This document shows, piece after piece, positions 50,554 through 60,226 of a DNA stretch of 64,000 bases. The first letter of the stretch is position 1. Every line of letters begins with the position of its first letter. The stretch is from NCBI GenBank assembly GCA_023248595.1, contig JAHFEG010000010.1, positions 1,092-65,091 on the forward strand, read 5' to 3'. Origin of the DNA: Myxococcales bacterium (lineage in GTDB: Bacteria; Myxococcota; UBA727; JABDBI01). Under the pieces are notes generated by a model that ran no database searches, was not told where the DNA came from, and saw only the letters and a list, made by a program, of their open reading frames with translations. The position numbers and the translations under genes are program-made.

Positions 50554-52359
50554 ATGAATTTAGCTTTAAACGAAAAACCCAGCGAACTGTCTGGCCCTAA
50601 AAAGCAACAATCCCGCCATTCAAAGAAACATAAAACTGCCCCAAAAGATCCAGCAGTTTTTATCAATATGGATTTACTGCTGAAGAAGGCAGGAGCCCCT
50701 TTATGGCAAGGCGTCCATGAAGCTGTTGTCCAAGAAATGGGTGATGCAACTGTAACGGTCGCTATTCAAGGTTCGGTTGACAACGCAGTTCTTGCTTTGG
50801 TGCCTCGAATTGAACTTGGTGCCGCATGTGCAATTGGCGATACTCTTTTTGTTTATTTGGAAGAGCCTGCCGCGGCCAATACCTTGCCTAAGGCTTCTGT
50901 TAAAAAGGCCAATGAGCTGCTTGAGCTTAAAAATTTATCTGGACTCGTGCAGGCTCACCGTGAAGTTCAAGGCTTTGTGGCGGCTCCAATTAAGGGCGGC
51001 TTTAGCGTTGCACTTTTGGTGGATAGCCGTGAAGAGGCAGAAAAAGGACTTGGTTTGAGAGCTTTTCTACCAATGAGTCAGGCCACCTTAGGTCGAGAAG
51101 CTCCCTTGTTGTCAGACAGAGAAGCGTATTCGTTTGCGGTGAAAGAATTTGATCCCAAATCGGGCAATATTATTGTCAGCCTTCGTGACCATTTATTAAA
51201 ATCAAAACGCGCGAAAGAAAAATTGTTTTGGGAAAGTGCCCAAGAAGGGGAAATTGTCACTGGGGTTGTACAAAGTCTGGTGAATTATGGCGCCTTTGTC
51301 GATATTGGTGGAGTCGATGGTTTGCTGCATGTTTCTGATATGTCGTGGGACAAACAGCCAAAAGCAGAAAATCGGCTACATGTTGGCCAGCAATTGCAGG
51401 TTAAAATCTTAGAGCTTGATAAGAAAGCACGAAAATTAAAACTTGGGTTAAAGCAATTAACCAATGATCCGTGGCAGTCCAGTCGTGATCAATTTCAACC
51501 TGGAAAAGATGTGGAAGGTGATATCGTTGCCTTGGCGGATTTTGGCGCTTTTGTTCATTTGGCAGATGGCATTGAAGGGCTAATCCATTTAAGTGAAATG
51601 TCTTGGCAGCGCATCAAACATCCTTCTCAGCGATTTCATATTGGCGACAGAGTCAAAGCACGCATCTTAAGCCTCGACCCTGAGAGTCATCGTATTTCGT
51701 TGTCACTCAAGGCATTGGAACAAAATCCAATTGAAAAACTTGCTGAGAAATTCCCAGTGGGCGCCGTTTTGAAAACCGTCGTGGCTGGTATTCGCGATTA
51801 TGGTGTATTTGTTGAGCTTGCTGAGAATATGACGGGAATGGTTCATATTGGAGAGCTTTCTTGGACGAAAAAAGTGGAACATCCCAGTGAGTTGTTCGAA
51901 GAAGGACAAAGCGTTGAAATCGTTGTGTTGGGATTTGATGCAGAACGCCAACGTGTCTCTTGTTCCATTAAACGCACTCAGCCTGATCCATGGATTGTAT
52001 GGCAAAAGAAATTTGCCAAAGGTACGCGCCATGAAGTGACAGTGAAGCGCTTGGTCAACCAAGGTGCTGAATGTGAACTTGAACCAACCTTGATCGGCTA
52101 TTGTCCAACACGTGAGCTTTCTGCCACGCAAGAAATTTCTAGACCTCAGGATGCCGTTAAAATAGGCGAAGTGCTTCGTGTGGAAGTCACGCATTATGAT
52201 CCAAGTGAGCAACGAATCACCTTGAGTGTTCGTGTGCGTGCGGAAAAAGAAACCAAAGAAGATTATCAAATGTATCTGCAGCGACAATCTAAGGAAAGCA
52301 GTGCAAAGGTGACGCTTAAAGAGGCTCTGGAAGATTCCAAGCCAAAGGAATCGGCATGA
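50554..52359 (+). CDS. rpsA: 30S ribosomal protein S1 with N-terminal extension
   Basis: 601 aa. Repeated S1 domains (GEIVTGVVQSLVNYGAFVDIGGVDGLLHVSDMSW; FGAFVHLADGIEGLIHLSEMSW; etc.). Confidence 0.88.
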   Translation: MNLALNEKPSELSGPKKQQSRHSKKHKTAPKDPAVFINMDLLLKKAGAPLWQGVHEAVVQEMGDATVTVAIQGSVDNAVLALVPRIELGAACAIGDTLFVYLEEPAAANTLPKASVKKANELLELKNLSGLVQAHREVQGFVAAPIKGGFSVALLVDSREEAEKGLGLRAFLPMSQATLGREAPLLSDREAYSFAVKEFDPKSGNIIVSLRDHLLKSKRAKEKLFWESAQEGEIVTGVVQSLVNYGAFVDIGGVDGLLHVSDMSWDKQPKAENRLHVGQQLQVKILELDKKARKLKLGLKQLTNDPWQSSRDQFQPGKDVEGDIVALADFGAFVHLADGIEGLIHLSEMSWQRIKHPSQRFHIGDRVKARILSLDPESHRISLSLKALEQNPIEKLAEKFPVGAVLKTVVAGIRDYGVFVELAENMTGMVHIGELSWTKKVEHPSELFEEGQSVEIVVLGFDAERQRVSCSIKRTQPDPWIVWQKKFAKGTRHEVTVKRLVNQGAECELEPTLIGYCPTRELSATQEISRPQDAVKIGEVLRVEVTHYDPSEQRITLSVRVRAEKETKEDYQMYLQRQSKESSAKVTLKEALEDSKPKESA

Positions 52360-53795
52360 GTAAGGTCCACTTTATTTCTTTAGGCTGTCCTAAAAATCGA
52401 GTAGATGCTGAGCACATGCTCGGCATCGCTCTCAATGAAGGGCATTCATTAGTCGATGCACCGGAAGATTCTGATACGATCGTGGTGAATACCTGCTCTT
52501 TTATTGGAGAAGCCAAGAAGGAATCGATTGAGGCCATTTTGCGCATGGGTGAATTCAAGAAAAAATCTGGCCAAAAATTAATTGTCACAGGTTGTTTAGC
52601 GCAGCGTTACAGTGAACAACTAGAAAGTGAGATGCCCGAAGTGGATCACTTTTTAGGAACATCAGATTTTACGCAGATATCAAAGGCTTTTAATTCTAAC
52701 TCAAGTTCGAATTTTGTTCCTTTTAGCCAGCTCAAAAAATCGCCTTCTCTTCCTGTTCATCAAGAGGAGGAAGCTTCGCGTAATTTGGTCAGTCATGAAC
52801 TGCGTTATCTCGCTAATTACGATTTACCGCGTGTTAATTCTATGCCCAAATATACAGCTTATATTAAAGTATCGGAAGGTTGCGATAATGCCTGTGCATT
52901 TTGTATTATTCCCAAACTTCGCGGTAAGCAGCGCAGCCGAAAAATAGCAGATATTGTAAAGGAAGCAAAAAATTTAGCGGCAAGTGGCGTCGTTGAGATT
53001 AGCTTAATTGCTCAAGATTTAACAGCTTATGGACACGATATTGAGGGACGACCAACTTTAGCCCAATTGCTAGAAGCGCTTGCTCAAGTGCCTGGCATTC
53101 GTTGGGTGCGTTGTATGTATGCTTATCCAAGAAGCTTAAGTCTAGAGCTTATGCAAGTTTTAGCTTCTGGGAAAAACACGTTGCCTTATCTTGATATGCC
53201 TGTGCAGCATGGTTCCAACAAAGTTCTGCGTCGTATGCGTCGCGGTAAAGGACAAGAGAGACTCACAGAGTTGCTGGTTTCTTTGCGAAGCCAAGTTCCT
53301 AATTTAGTGATGCGTTCAACCGTAATGGTTGGATTTCCTGGCGAAGACGAAAGTGATTTTGAAAAACTGCTTGAGTTTGCGGAAGCAATTCGCTTTGAAC
53401 GGATGGGCGTTTTTAAATACTCAGACGAGGAAGATACCTCTGCTTTTGATTTTGACGAAAAAGTTCCTTATCAAATTAAACGTGCACGTTACGATAAACT
53501 AATGCGTCGTCAACGCAAAATTCACAAAGCGAAATTAAAATCGATGGTAGGTGAAGTGCATGAAGCGATTGTCGAAGGTGTGTCTGAAGAGCATGCGTTA
53601 TTGGTAAAGGGACGACTTTGGTCGCAGGCTCCAGACATTGACGGCTTTACTTACTTGTCGTCTTCAAGACCATTATCAGAAGGCCAAATTGTGCATGTCC
53701 GTATCCAGGATGCACATGAATACGATCTTGTTGCTGAAGTTCTCGATGAGGATGACACGATGATCAAACAATCAATTCCGTTTGAGGTTAGATAG
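52356..53795 (+). CDS. rimO: ribosomal protein S12 methylthiotransferase RimO
   Basis: 479 aa. 'KVHFISLGCPKNRVDAE' N-terminus, radical-SAM 'CDNACAFC', TRAM C-domain. Confidence 0.82.
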   Translation: MSKVHFISLGCPKNRVDAEHMLGIALNEGHSLVDAPEDSDTIVVNTCSFIGEAKKESIEAILRMGEFKKKSGQKLIVTGCLAQRYSEQLESEMPEVDHFLGTSDFTQISKAFNSNSSSNFVPFSQLKKSPSLPVHQEEEASRNLVSHELRYLANYDLPRVNSMPKYTAYIKVSEGCDNACAFCIIPKLRGKQRSRKIADIVKEAKNLAASGVVEISLIAQDLTAYGHDIEGRPTLAQLLEALAQVPGIRWVRCMYAYPRSLSLELMQVLASGKNTLPYLDMPVQHGSNKVLRRMRRGKGQERLTELLVSLRSQVPNLVMRSTVMVGFPGEDESDFEKLLEFAEAIRFERMGVFKYSDEEDTSAFDFDEKVPYQIKRARYDKLMRRQRKIHKAKLKSMVGEVHEAIVEGVSEEHALLVKGRLWSQAPDIDGFTYLSSSRPLSEGQIVHVRIQDAHEYDLVAEVLDEDDTMIKQSIPFEVR

Positions 53796-53850
53796 CAAGC
53801 TGATATGGATCGCCTGAAAATAACTTTAAGTTGGTGAGGCGATCCTTTTC

Positions 53851-55350
53851 ATGAAAATATCTGAATATTTAACCTATGATGGTTTAGGGTTAGCAAATCT
53901 AGTTAAAAATAAAGAAGTAACGCCGCTGGAGCTTCTAGAAACAGCAGTTGAGCATATTGAGAACGTGAATGGCGATATTAATGCGGTTGTCGTAAATCAG
54001 TATGATCGTGGTCGTGACCGCATTAAAAATCAAAAATTAGAGGGACCGTTTGTTGGCGTGCCTTTTTTGCTGAAAGATTTAGCTGCATTCGAAGTAGGCG
54101 TCCCTTCGACTTTTGGCAGTCAATTTTGTAAAGACTTAGTGGTTCACGAAGAAAGTGAATTGGTGACACGTTTTAAAAAGGCAGGCTTTGTGACGATAGG
54201 GCGAACCAATACGCCTGAGTTTGGTTTACACCCTACAACAGAGCCCCGCTTTAGGGGAGCCACCAAAAATCCTTGGCAATTAGAACATATTGCTGGGGGA
54301 TCTAGCGGTGGAGCAGCAGCAGCAGTTGCTAGTGGCATGGTTCCCATTGCACATGGTGGCGACGGTGGTGGCTCCATTCGAATTCCTTCTTCATGCTGCG
54401 GTGTGTTTGGCTTAAAGCCAACAGAAGGACGTTCGCCAACTGGTCCATCTGGGGGCAGGCTGTGGCATGGGCTTGCTGTTGAACATGTCATTTCTCGCAC
54501 CGTGCGTGACAGTGCTGCTGCTCTCGATATTGTGAGCGCGCGTCAGGTTGGTGCACCTATTTTAGCGCCTGCGATCAAGATGTCATTTTCGAAGCAGCTT
54601 GAGATTCCCTTAAAAAAATTGCGAATCGCTTATGTGGAAGAACCTTTCTTTAAAGCCAAACTACATGAAGATTGTCGAGAGGCCGCTTTGGATGCAGCGC
54701 GTTTATGCGAAAGTTTAGGGCATGATGTGGAACCTCATAAGCTTAATGTAAAGTCTGATGAAGTTGCCCATGCCTATTTAGTTGTCGTCGCTGGTGAAAC
54801 GGCTGCTTTGCTGGATCGAATTTCCGCACATTTAGGCAGAAGGCCTAAACCAAGTGAGTTAGAGCCAGTGAGTTATGTTTGTGCATTAGGAGGTCAGGCA
54901 TTTAGAGCGTCAGACTATGCGCATGCTGTACGTGTCATGGATGAAGCAAGACGCAATGTCGCTTATTCTTTTGAAGACTATGATTTGGTTTTGACGCCGA
55001 CATTGGCTTTGCCGCCACCAAAATTAGGAGAACTGGGGCCGACATTTCTTGAAAAAGGATTTTTAAAACTTGTAAATAAAATGCCAATTGCTAGTCTCGT
55101 TCGTCAGGCATTCCGCATGATTCCTGAAAATGGTTTCCGGTTGTCACCGTATACTTTTCTTTTTAATCTCACAGGTCAACCTGCGATGTCCGTCCCTTTG
55201 CATTGGAACAAAGAGGGGTTGCCTATTGGGACACATTTTGTAGCTCGCCACGGTGAGGAAGGGCTCTTGTTGCGCTTAGCCAAACAATTGGATGAGGCCA
55301 GATCTTTCTCCACTCAAAGACCGCCATTATTGCAGAAATATATGTCATAA
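53851..55350 (+). CDS. amidase-signature (AS) family amidase
   Basis: 499 aa. 'GGSSGGAAAAVASG...GGDGGGSIRIPSSCCGVFGLKPT'. Confidence 0.8.
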   Translation: MKISEYLTYDGLGLANLVKNKEVTPLELLETAVEHIENVNGDINAVVVNQYDRGRDRIKNQKLEGPFVGVPFLLKDLAAFEVGVPSTFGSQFCKDLVVHEESELVTRFKKAGFVTIGRTNTPEFGLHPTTEPRFRGATKNPWQLEHIAGGSSGGAAAAVASGMVPIAHGGDGGGSIRIPSSCCGVFGLKPTEGRSPTGPSGGRLWHGLAVEHVISRTVRDSAAALDIVSARQVGAPILAPAIKMSFSKQLEIPLKKLRIAYVEEPFFKAKLHEDCREAALDAARLCESLGHDVEPHKLNVKSDEVAHAYLVVVAGETAALLDRISAHLGRRPKPSELEPVSYVCALGGQAFRASDYAHAVRVMDEARRNVAYSFEDYDLVLTPTLALPPPKLGELGPTFLEKGFLKLVNKMPIASLVRQAFRMIPENGFRLSPYTFLFNLTGQPAMSVPLHWNKEGLPIGTHFVARHGEEGLLLRLAKQLDEARSFSTQRPPLLQKYMS

Positions 55351-55401
55351 AAGTTTAGTGCTTTGCTTGTTTGTGAATTTGAGATTCGTTAATATAAGTT
55401 T

Positions 55402-56265
55402 GTGGCAAAAATCAATTTTCGCAAAGAAGCCTTAAAAAAATTAGAATCACCCGATCAATTTGATGAAGCGGTCGGGGTGGTAACACCTAACATGTGGTTT
55501 GCACTTCTGGGTGTTATTCTATTGATATCTTTTACCATTGCTTGGGCTTTTATCGATCGGATTCCTGAAAAAGTAGAAGCCTACGGAATTTTTTATTTAT
55601 CAGGCCAAATCAGCGAAATTACTTCTGAAAAAGAAGGCGTTTTACGTGACATTTTTGTGCATGAAGGACAGGCTGTTGCCAATGGCCAATTGCTCGCTGC
55701 CGTTGAAGTGCAGGATCAGTGTGACTCGAATGTGCAATCTGTTTCGCAGTTAGAAATACGCGCTCCCTATGCTGGTATCATCATGGATATTTCAGCCTAT
55801 CCGATTAGTCACATTCAAGCAGGGAAAACCCTGTTTTTGCTGGCCTCTTTGGGAATTCCAAAACGCGATTTAGTAGGTTTGGCGTTTGTCTCCGTGCAAG
55901 ACGGTAAAAAAATTCATAAAGATATGAAAGCAGAGATTGAAGTTTCATCCGCTCGCCTTGAGCAGTCCGGCAGAATTTTAGGAAAAGTTTCTAGTGTCAG
56001 TACATTGTCGCTGGATAGAGAAGAAATTTTGTCATTGGTTAAAAATGATCAAATCGTTGCTGCAATTCAAAATCAGTTTAAAGAAGCTCCATTTTTTGTG
56101 AGACTGCAGCCTGATTTGGAAAAAAATAGTGTAACAGGCTATCGTTGGACACTTCAAGAACCAACTGAGCAAATCGATCCTGGTACCGTTTTTAAAGCAA
56201 AAATTACGATTATGGAAAGAAGACCTATTGATTACGTCATCCCTATATTTGAGCGCATGTTATGA
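55402..56265 (+). CDS. short HlyD-like secretion adaptor of the NHLM/bacteriocin-export type
   Basis: 287 aa. N-terminal 'FRKEALKKLESPDQFDEAV' then one TM, beta-barrel/lipoyl-like remainder. Lacks the long coiled-coil hairpin. Confidence 0.6.
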   Translation: MAKINFRKEALKKLESPDQFDEAVGVVTPNMWFALLGVILLISFTIAWAFIDRIPEKVEAYGIFYLSGQISEITSEKEGVLRDIFVHEGQAVANGQLLAAVEVQDQCDSNVQSVSQLEIRAPYAGIIMDISAYPISHIQAGKTLFLLASLGIPKRDLVGLAFVSVQDGKKIHKDMKAEIEVSSARLEQSGRILGKVSSVSTLSLDREEILSLVKNDQIVAAIQNQFKEAPFFVRLQPDLEKNSVTGYRWTLQEPTEQIDPGTVFKAKITIMERRPIDYVIPIFERML

Positions 56266-58412
56266 GGCGCATAACGCCGACTGTTTTACAAATGGAAGCT
56301 TCGGAATGTGGAGCTGCATCGCTGGCCATGATATTGGGATACCATGGATGCTATGTTTCTCTTGAACAATTACGCATGGAATGTGGCATTTCACGTGATG
56401 GGAGTAAGGCGAATTATATTTTACGGGCAGCAAGATTGCATGGTCTAGTTGCCAGTGGTTATCAACTGGAAGTACAAGAACTAAAAAAAATGCCCATGCC
56501 AGCAATCCTTTTTTGGGAATTTAACCATTTTGTGGTTCTTGAGGGTGTAAAAGGAAATAAATATTATCTCAATGATCCAGCTTCAGGTCATCGAACTGTA
56601 TTAGCCGAAGAATTCAAACGTGCTTTTACTGGGATTGTACTCGAATTTAAAGTTGGTCCCCAATTTCAATTAGGTGGAGAGAAGCCCGGCGCCATTAAGA
56701 CAGTTATTAAAAGACTCAAAAAGACGCCGGCAATTATTTTTTATCTCGCAATTTCGACTTTGTTATCAACAGCATTGCTTCTAGCTATCCCCGCATTTAT
56801 TAGGTTTTTTATCGATAATATCCTAATTCAAAAAACACTGAGTTTGGCTCCTTCTTTGATTTGGTTTGTTCTGATATTTGGAGCATTGCTTGGTCTTTTT
56901 CGTGTCCTGATTGATAAAATCGCCGTATTATTTGAAAGTAATTTAATTTTTTATTCCAGTAGTCAGTTTTTCTGGCGCGTTTTACGTTTGCCGGTTGCAT
57001 TTTTTTCGCAGCGCTATGTCAGTGATTTAAGCGACCGCATGCATGCCAATGTGCAGATTGCCAAAACCGTTTCTATTGAATTTGTGCAATTGATGATGGG
57101 TATCTGGGGCCTGATTATTTTTTCCCTGGTGATGGCTGTTTATGACTGGATATTAACCGGGATATGTTTACTGGTTTTTGTATTGACGATGATGATTCTG
57201 CGTATTGTTTTTCAGCGGCAAGAAGATGCACAGACAGAAGTTATTTTTCAAAACAATCGCATGCTTTCTACGGTGATGAATGACCTTTACAATGTAGAAA
57301 CTTTAAAAGTGCATGGCAATGAATCTGATTTTTTGACGCGTTTTGCAGGAATCCGTTCTAAAAAAATAAATGCCGCCAATCGTTTGATTACCTATGACGC
57401 AGTTGTAGATGCCTTGCCTTCTTTTTTGCTCTTAGTGTCTTTTGTAATTATTTTTGGGCTGGGGAGTTTAAATGTTTTTGAAGGTGAATTGAGCTTAGGC
57501 ATGCTTGTGGCATTTGCTATCTTGGCTGTTTTATTGTTGCAACCAATCGTGCAATTATCGATGATTTCCCAAAGCATTAAACAGCTTAATTTTGATCAAA
57601 GTCGTATTAACGATGTGCTGCATTACAAATTAGATCAGGAATTCGTCAAAAAAAATTTGGATAGCCTTGAGCAAAATGCCATTGAGAATTTAAGCGGCAG
57701 TTTACGGATTGAAAATCTAACTTTTGGTTATGATCCTTATGCCAAACCTTTAATCGAAAATTTTAATCTCGAAATAAAGCGTGGTGATCGCGTTGCGATT
57801 ATCGGTGCCTCAGGTTCAGGAAAATCAACAATTGTTAAATTGATTTGTGGTCTCTATCGACCCATGTCTGGTCGGATTTTGTTTGATGGTTTTGAGAGAA
57901 ATCAGATTGCAAGAGACTTGTTGGTCAAGCAGGTGGGTTATGTGGAGCAAGAAACGTATTTTTTTGCTGGAAGTATTTGGGACAATCTAACGTTGTGGGA
58001 TCCAGCTATTTCAATGGCGGATGTCGAAAAGGCCACGCAAGACGCCCTTATTTATGAAGATATTCAAAATGTTTTAGGTGGTTTTCAGGGCAGGATTGAA
58101 GAGGGCGGGAAAAATTTAAGTGGTGGAGAACGGCAACGATTAGAAATTGCGCGTGCTCTGATTCATAACCCATCGGTATTGGTTTTGGATGAATGCATGA
58201 GCGCACTTGATCCCCTGACAGAAAAATTAATTGACGATCGCTTGCGCGCGCGAGGTTGTACTTGTATTTTTGTGGCACATCGCTTGAGCACAATCCGTGA
58301 TGCAAATGAGATTATTGTGCTGGATGCTGGACGTGTTGCGCAGCTGGGGAAGCATGAGCAGCTGATAAAAGAGGAGGGGGTTTATCAAAAACTTGTTCAG
58401 CTCGATGGTTAA
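56262..58412 (+). CDS. peptidase-C39-containing ABC transporter (PCAT), peptidase/permease/ATPase
   Basis: 716 aa. C39 catalytic Cys 'EASECGAASLAMIL', His 'FNHFVVL', 'NDPA', six TM segments. Walker A 'GASGSGKST', signature 'LSGGERQR', Walker B 'LVLDE'. Confidence 0.88.
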   Translation: MRRITPTVLQMEASECGAASLAMILGYHGCYVSLEQLRMECGISRDGSKANYILRAARLHGLVASGYQLEVQELKKMPMPAILFWEFNHFVVLEGVKGNKYYLNDPASGHRTVLAEEFKRAFTGIVLEFKVGPQFQLGGEKPGAIKTVIKRLKKTPAIIFYLAISTLLSTALLLAIPAFIRFFIDNILIQKTLSLAPSLIWFVLIFGALLGLFRVLIDKIAVLFESNLIFYSSSQFFWRVLRLPVAFFSQRYVSDLSDRMHANVQIAKTVSIEFVQLMMGIWGLIIFSLVMAVYDWILTGICLLVFVLTMMILRIVFQRQEDAQTEVIFQNNRMLSTVMNDLYNVETLKVHGNESDFLTRFAGIRSKKINAANRLITYDAVVDALPSFLLLVSFVIIFGLGSLNVFEGELSLGMLVAFAILAVLLLQPIVQLSMISQSIKQLNFDQSRINDVLHYKLDQEFVKKNLDSLEQNAIENLSGSLRIENLTFGYDPYAKPLIENFNLEIKRGDRVAIIGASGSGKSTIVKLICGLYRPMSGRILFDGFERNQIARDLLVKQVGYVEQETYFFAGSIWDNLTLWDPAISMADVEKATQDALIYEDIQNVLGGFQGRIEEGGKNLSGGERQRLEIARALIHNPSVLVLDECMSALDPLTEKLIDDRLRARGCTCIFVAHRLSTIRDANEIIVLDAGRVAQLGKHEQLIKEEGVYQKLVQLDG

Positions 58413-58429
58413 AAGACCGTGAGACTATT

Positions 58430-60169
58430 ATGACGAAGCAACTTTCTTTAAAGCCGCTGCCAAATGGTTTGTCTTCTTTTTCATCTTTGCTTAGATGGGC
58501 GATGAAGGGTTCTCGTTTTGATATTGCTATTATCCTGAGCATTGGTTTTTTAATTGGGACGGTGAGTTTGCTGCTACCGGTACTGACGGGTGTCTTGTTT
58601 GATTTTATTATCCCCAGTGCCTCCTATTCCCATTTGTGGTCCTGGGGGATTGCCTTATTGGTTGTTGGGATTTCTATTTTTTGTTTAAAGATGACGCAGT
58701 TTATGGTGACAGCTCGCTTGAGCCAGACAATTTTTAATAAGTTGCAAATGGGGCTGATGGCTCGGCTCATCTCATTGCCTGCTTCATTTTTTCGAAAATT
58801 TTCTGCAGGGGAATTAGCTGCCAGGGCTTTAGGCATCGATCGTATTCAGGAGAAGTTTACGAATTCTGCCATTGCGTCTATGGTTTTCAGTTTTTTTTCG
58901 ATTTGTAATTTGTTGTTGCTATTTTATTATAGCGTCTACTTGGCTGCTGTGACATGTATTCTTGTTTTTTTATATGTGTGCGGTTTAATTATCACTTACA
59001 TGTTTTATGTGCGCACTTTAAAAAAAGAGAAATATGCATCGGGCGCATCGCTAGAAGAAGTCTACGAGACCTTAAATGGTATTTCTAAAATCAGGGTTTC
59101 GGGAGCAGAGGATCGTTTTTTTAATCGCTGGCTAAATAAATTAGAACATCAAATCGCTGCTATTGAACAACTAAATCGCATCTTAGGCGTACGAGTCATT
59201 TTCAATTGGTTTTTCAAATTTTTTGCGCTGGCAGTTATTTTTTATGTGATCGGTGAGTCTACAAAGATTAATTTGAGTATGGGTCAGTTTGTGGCGTTTA
59301 ATATGGCGTTACTTTTTTTTGCACTGGCGATCCTGAACTTGGCGAACTTAAGTATTACTTTTTTACAAACAGCTGCTTATTATAGAGGTATACAGCCAAT
59401 ATTAGTACAAGCTCCAGAAATAAAAGAAGGAATAAACGCCGTTGGTGAAGTGCGGGGGCAGATTGAATTACGGCAGGTTTCATTTCATTACGCCGGCAGT
59501 GACAGGCAGACATTGTTTGATATTAGTTTGCAAATCGAACCGGGTGAGTTCGTAGCCATTGTGGGTCGTTCGGGCGCAGGCAAATCGACATTGCTGCGTT
59601 TGCTGCTTGGTTTGGAAACTCCACGAGAAGGCGCAGTCTGTTATGATGGACAAGATTTAAATACCTTGAATGCAGCTGCTCTTCGCAGACAATGTGGTGT
59701 TGTGTTGCAAAACGATCGTTTATTTCCTGGAAGTATTTTAGAAAATATCATTGGATCAAGTTCCTTAACGGCAGATGACGCTTTAGCTGCAGTTGGTTTA
59801 AGTGGAATCTTAGAAGATATCAAAGCAATGCCGATGGGGATGCAGACTTTAGTTAGTGAGTCGACTGGCCTTTCTGGCGGGCAAAAGCAACGTATTTTAA
59901 TTGCGCGTGCATTGGTGCGAAAACCCAAAATTTTATTTTTTGATGAAGCAACCAGCGCACTTGATAATATTTCCCAAAACATCGTGGCCACCAGTCTTTC
60001 CCAATTAAAATTAACAAGAGTGGTCGTGGCGCAGCGTTTAAGCACCATCACAAACGCTAACCGCATTTATGTTCTGGATAAAGGGCATTTGGTGCAATCA
60101 GGAAGCTTGAAGGAGCTTATGAAAAAGCCGGGTATCTTTTCAGAAATGTCGCAAAGACAACTGATTTGA
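58430..60169 (+). CDS. ABC transporter permease/ATP-binding protein (second exporter subunit, no peptidase domain)
   Basis: 579 aa. TMD, then Walker A 'GRSGAGKST', 'LSGGQKQR', 'LFFDE'. Confidence 0.85.
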   Translation: MTKQLSLKPLPNGLSSFSSLLRWAMKGSRFDIAIILSIGFLIGTVSLLLPVLTGVLFDFIIPSASYSHLWSWGIALLVVGISIFCLKMTQFMVTARLSQTIFNKLQMGLMARLISLPASFFRKFSAGELAARALGIDRIQEKFTNSAIASMVFSFFSICNLLLLFYYSVYLAAVTCILVFLYVCGLIITYMFYVRTLKKEKYASGASLEEVYETLNGISKIRVSGAEDRFFNRWLNKLEHQIAAIEQLNRILGVRVIFNWFFKFFALAVIFYVIGESTKINLSMGQFVAFNMALLFFALAILNLANLSITFLQTAAYYRGIQPILVQAPEIKEGINAVGEVRGQIELRQVSFHYAGSDRQTLFDISLQIEPGEFVAIVGRSGAGKSTLLRLLLGLETPREGAVCYDGQDLNTLNAAALRRQCGVVLQNDRLFPGSILENIIGSSSLTADDALAAVGLSGILEDIKAMPMGMQTLVSESTGLSGGQKQRILIARALVRKPKILFFDEATSALDNISQNIVATSLSQLKLTRVVVAQRLSTITNANRIYVLDKGHLVQSGSLKELMKKPGIFSEMSQRQLI

Positions 60170-60226
60170 ACTTGTCCAAATTTTCGACTTACTAGAAACA
60201 ACTCCCAGATGACTGCATTCTAAATA

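Noticed and set aside
56260-60066. Small minus-strand ORFs inside the ABC transporter genes as candidate precursor peptides
   Set aside because: All lie antisense within the large conserved genes and lack GG-leader features.
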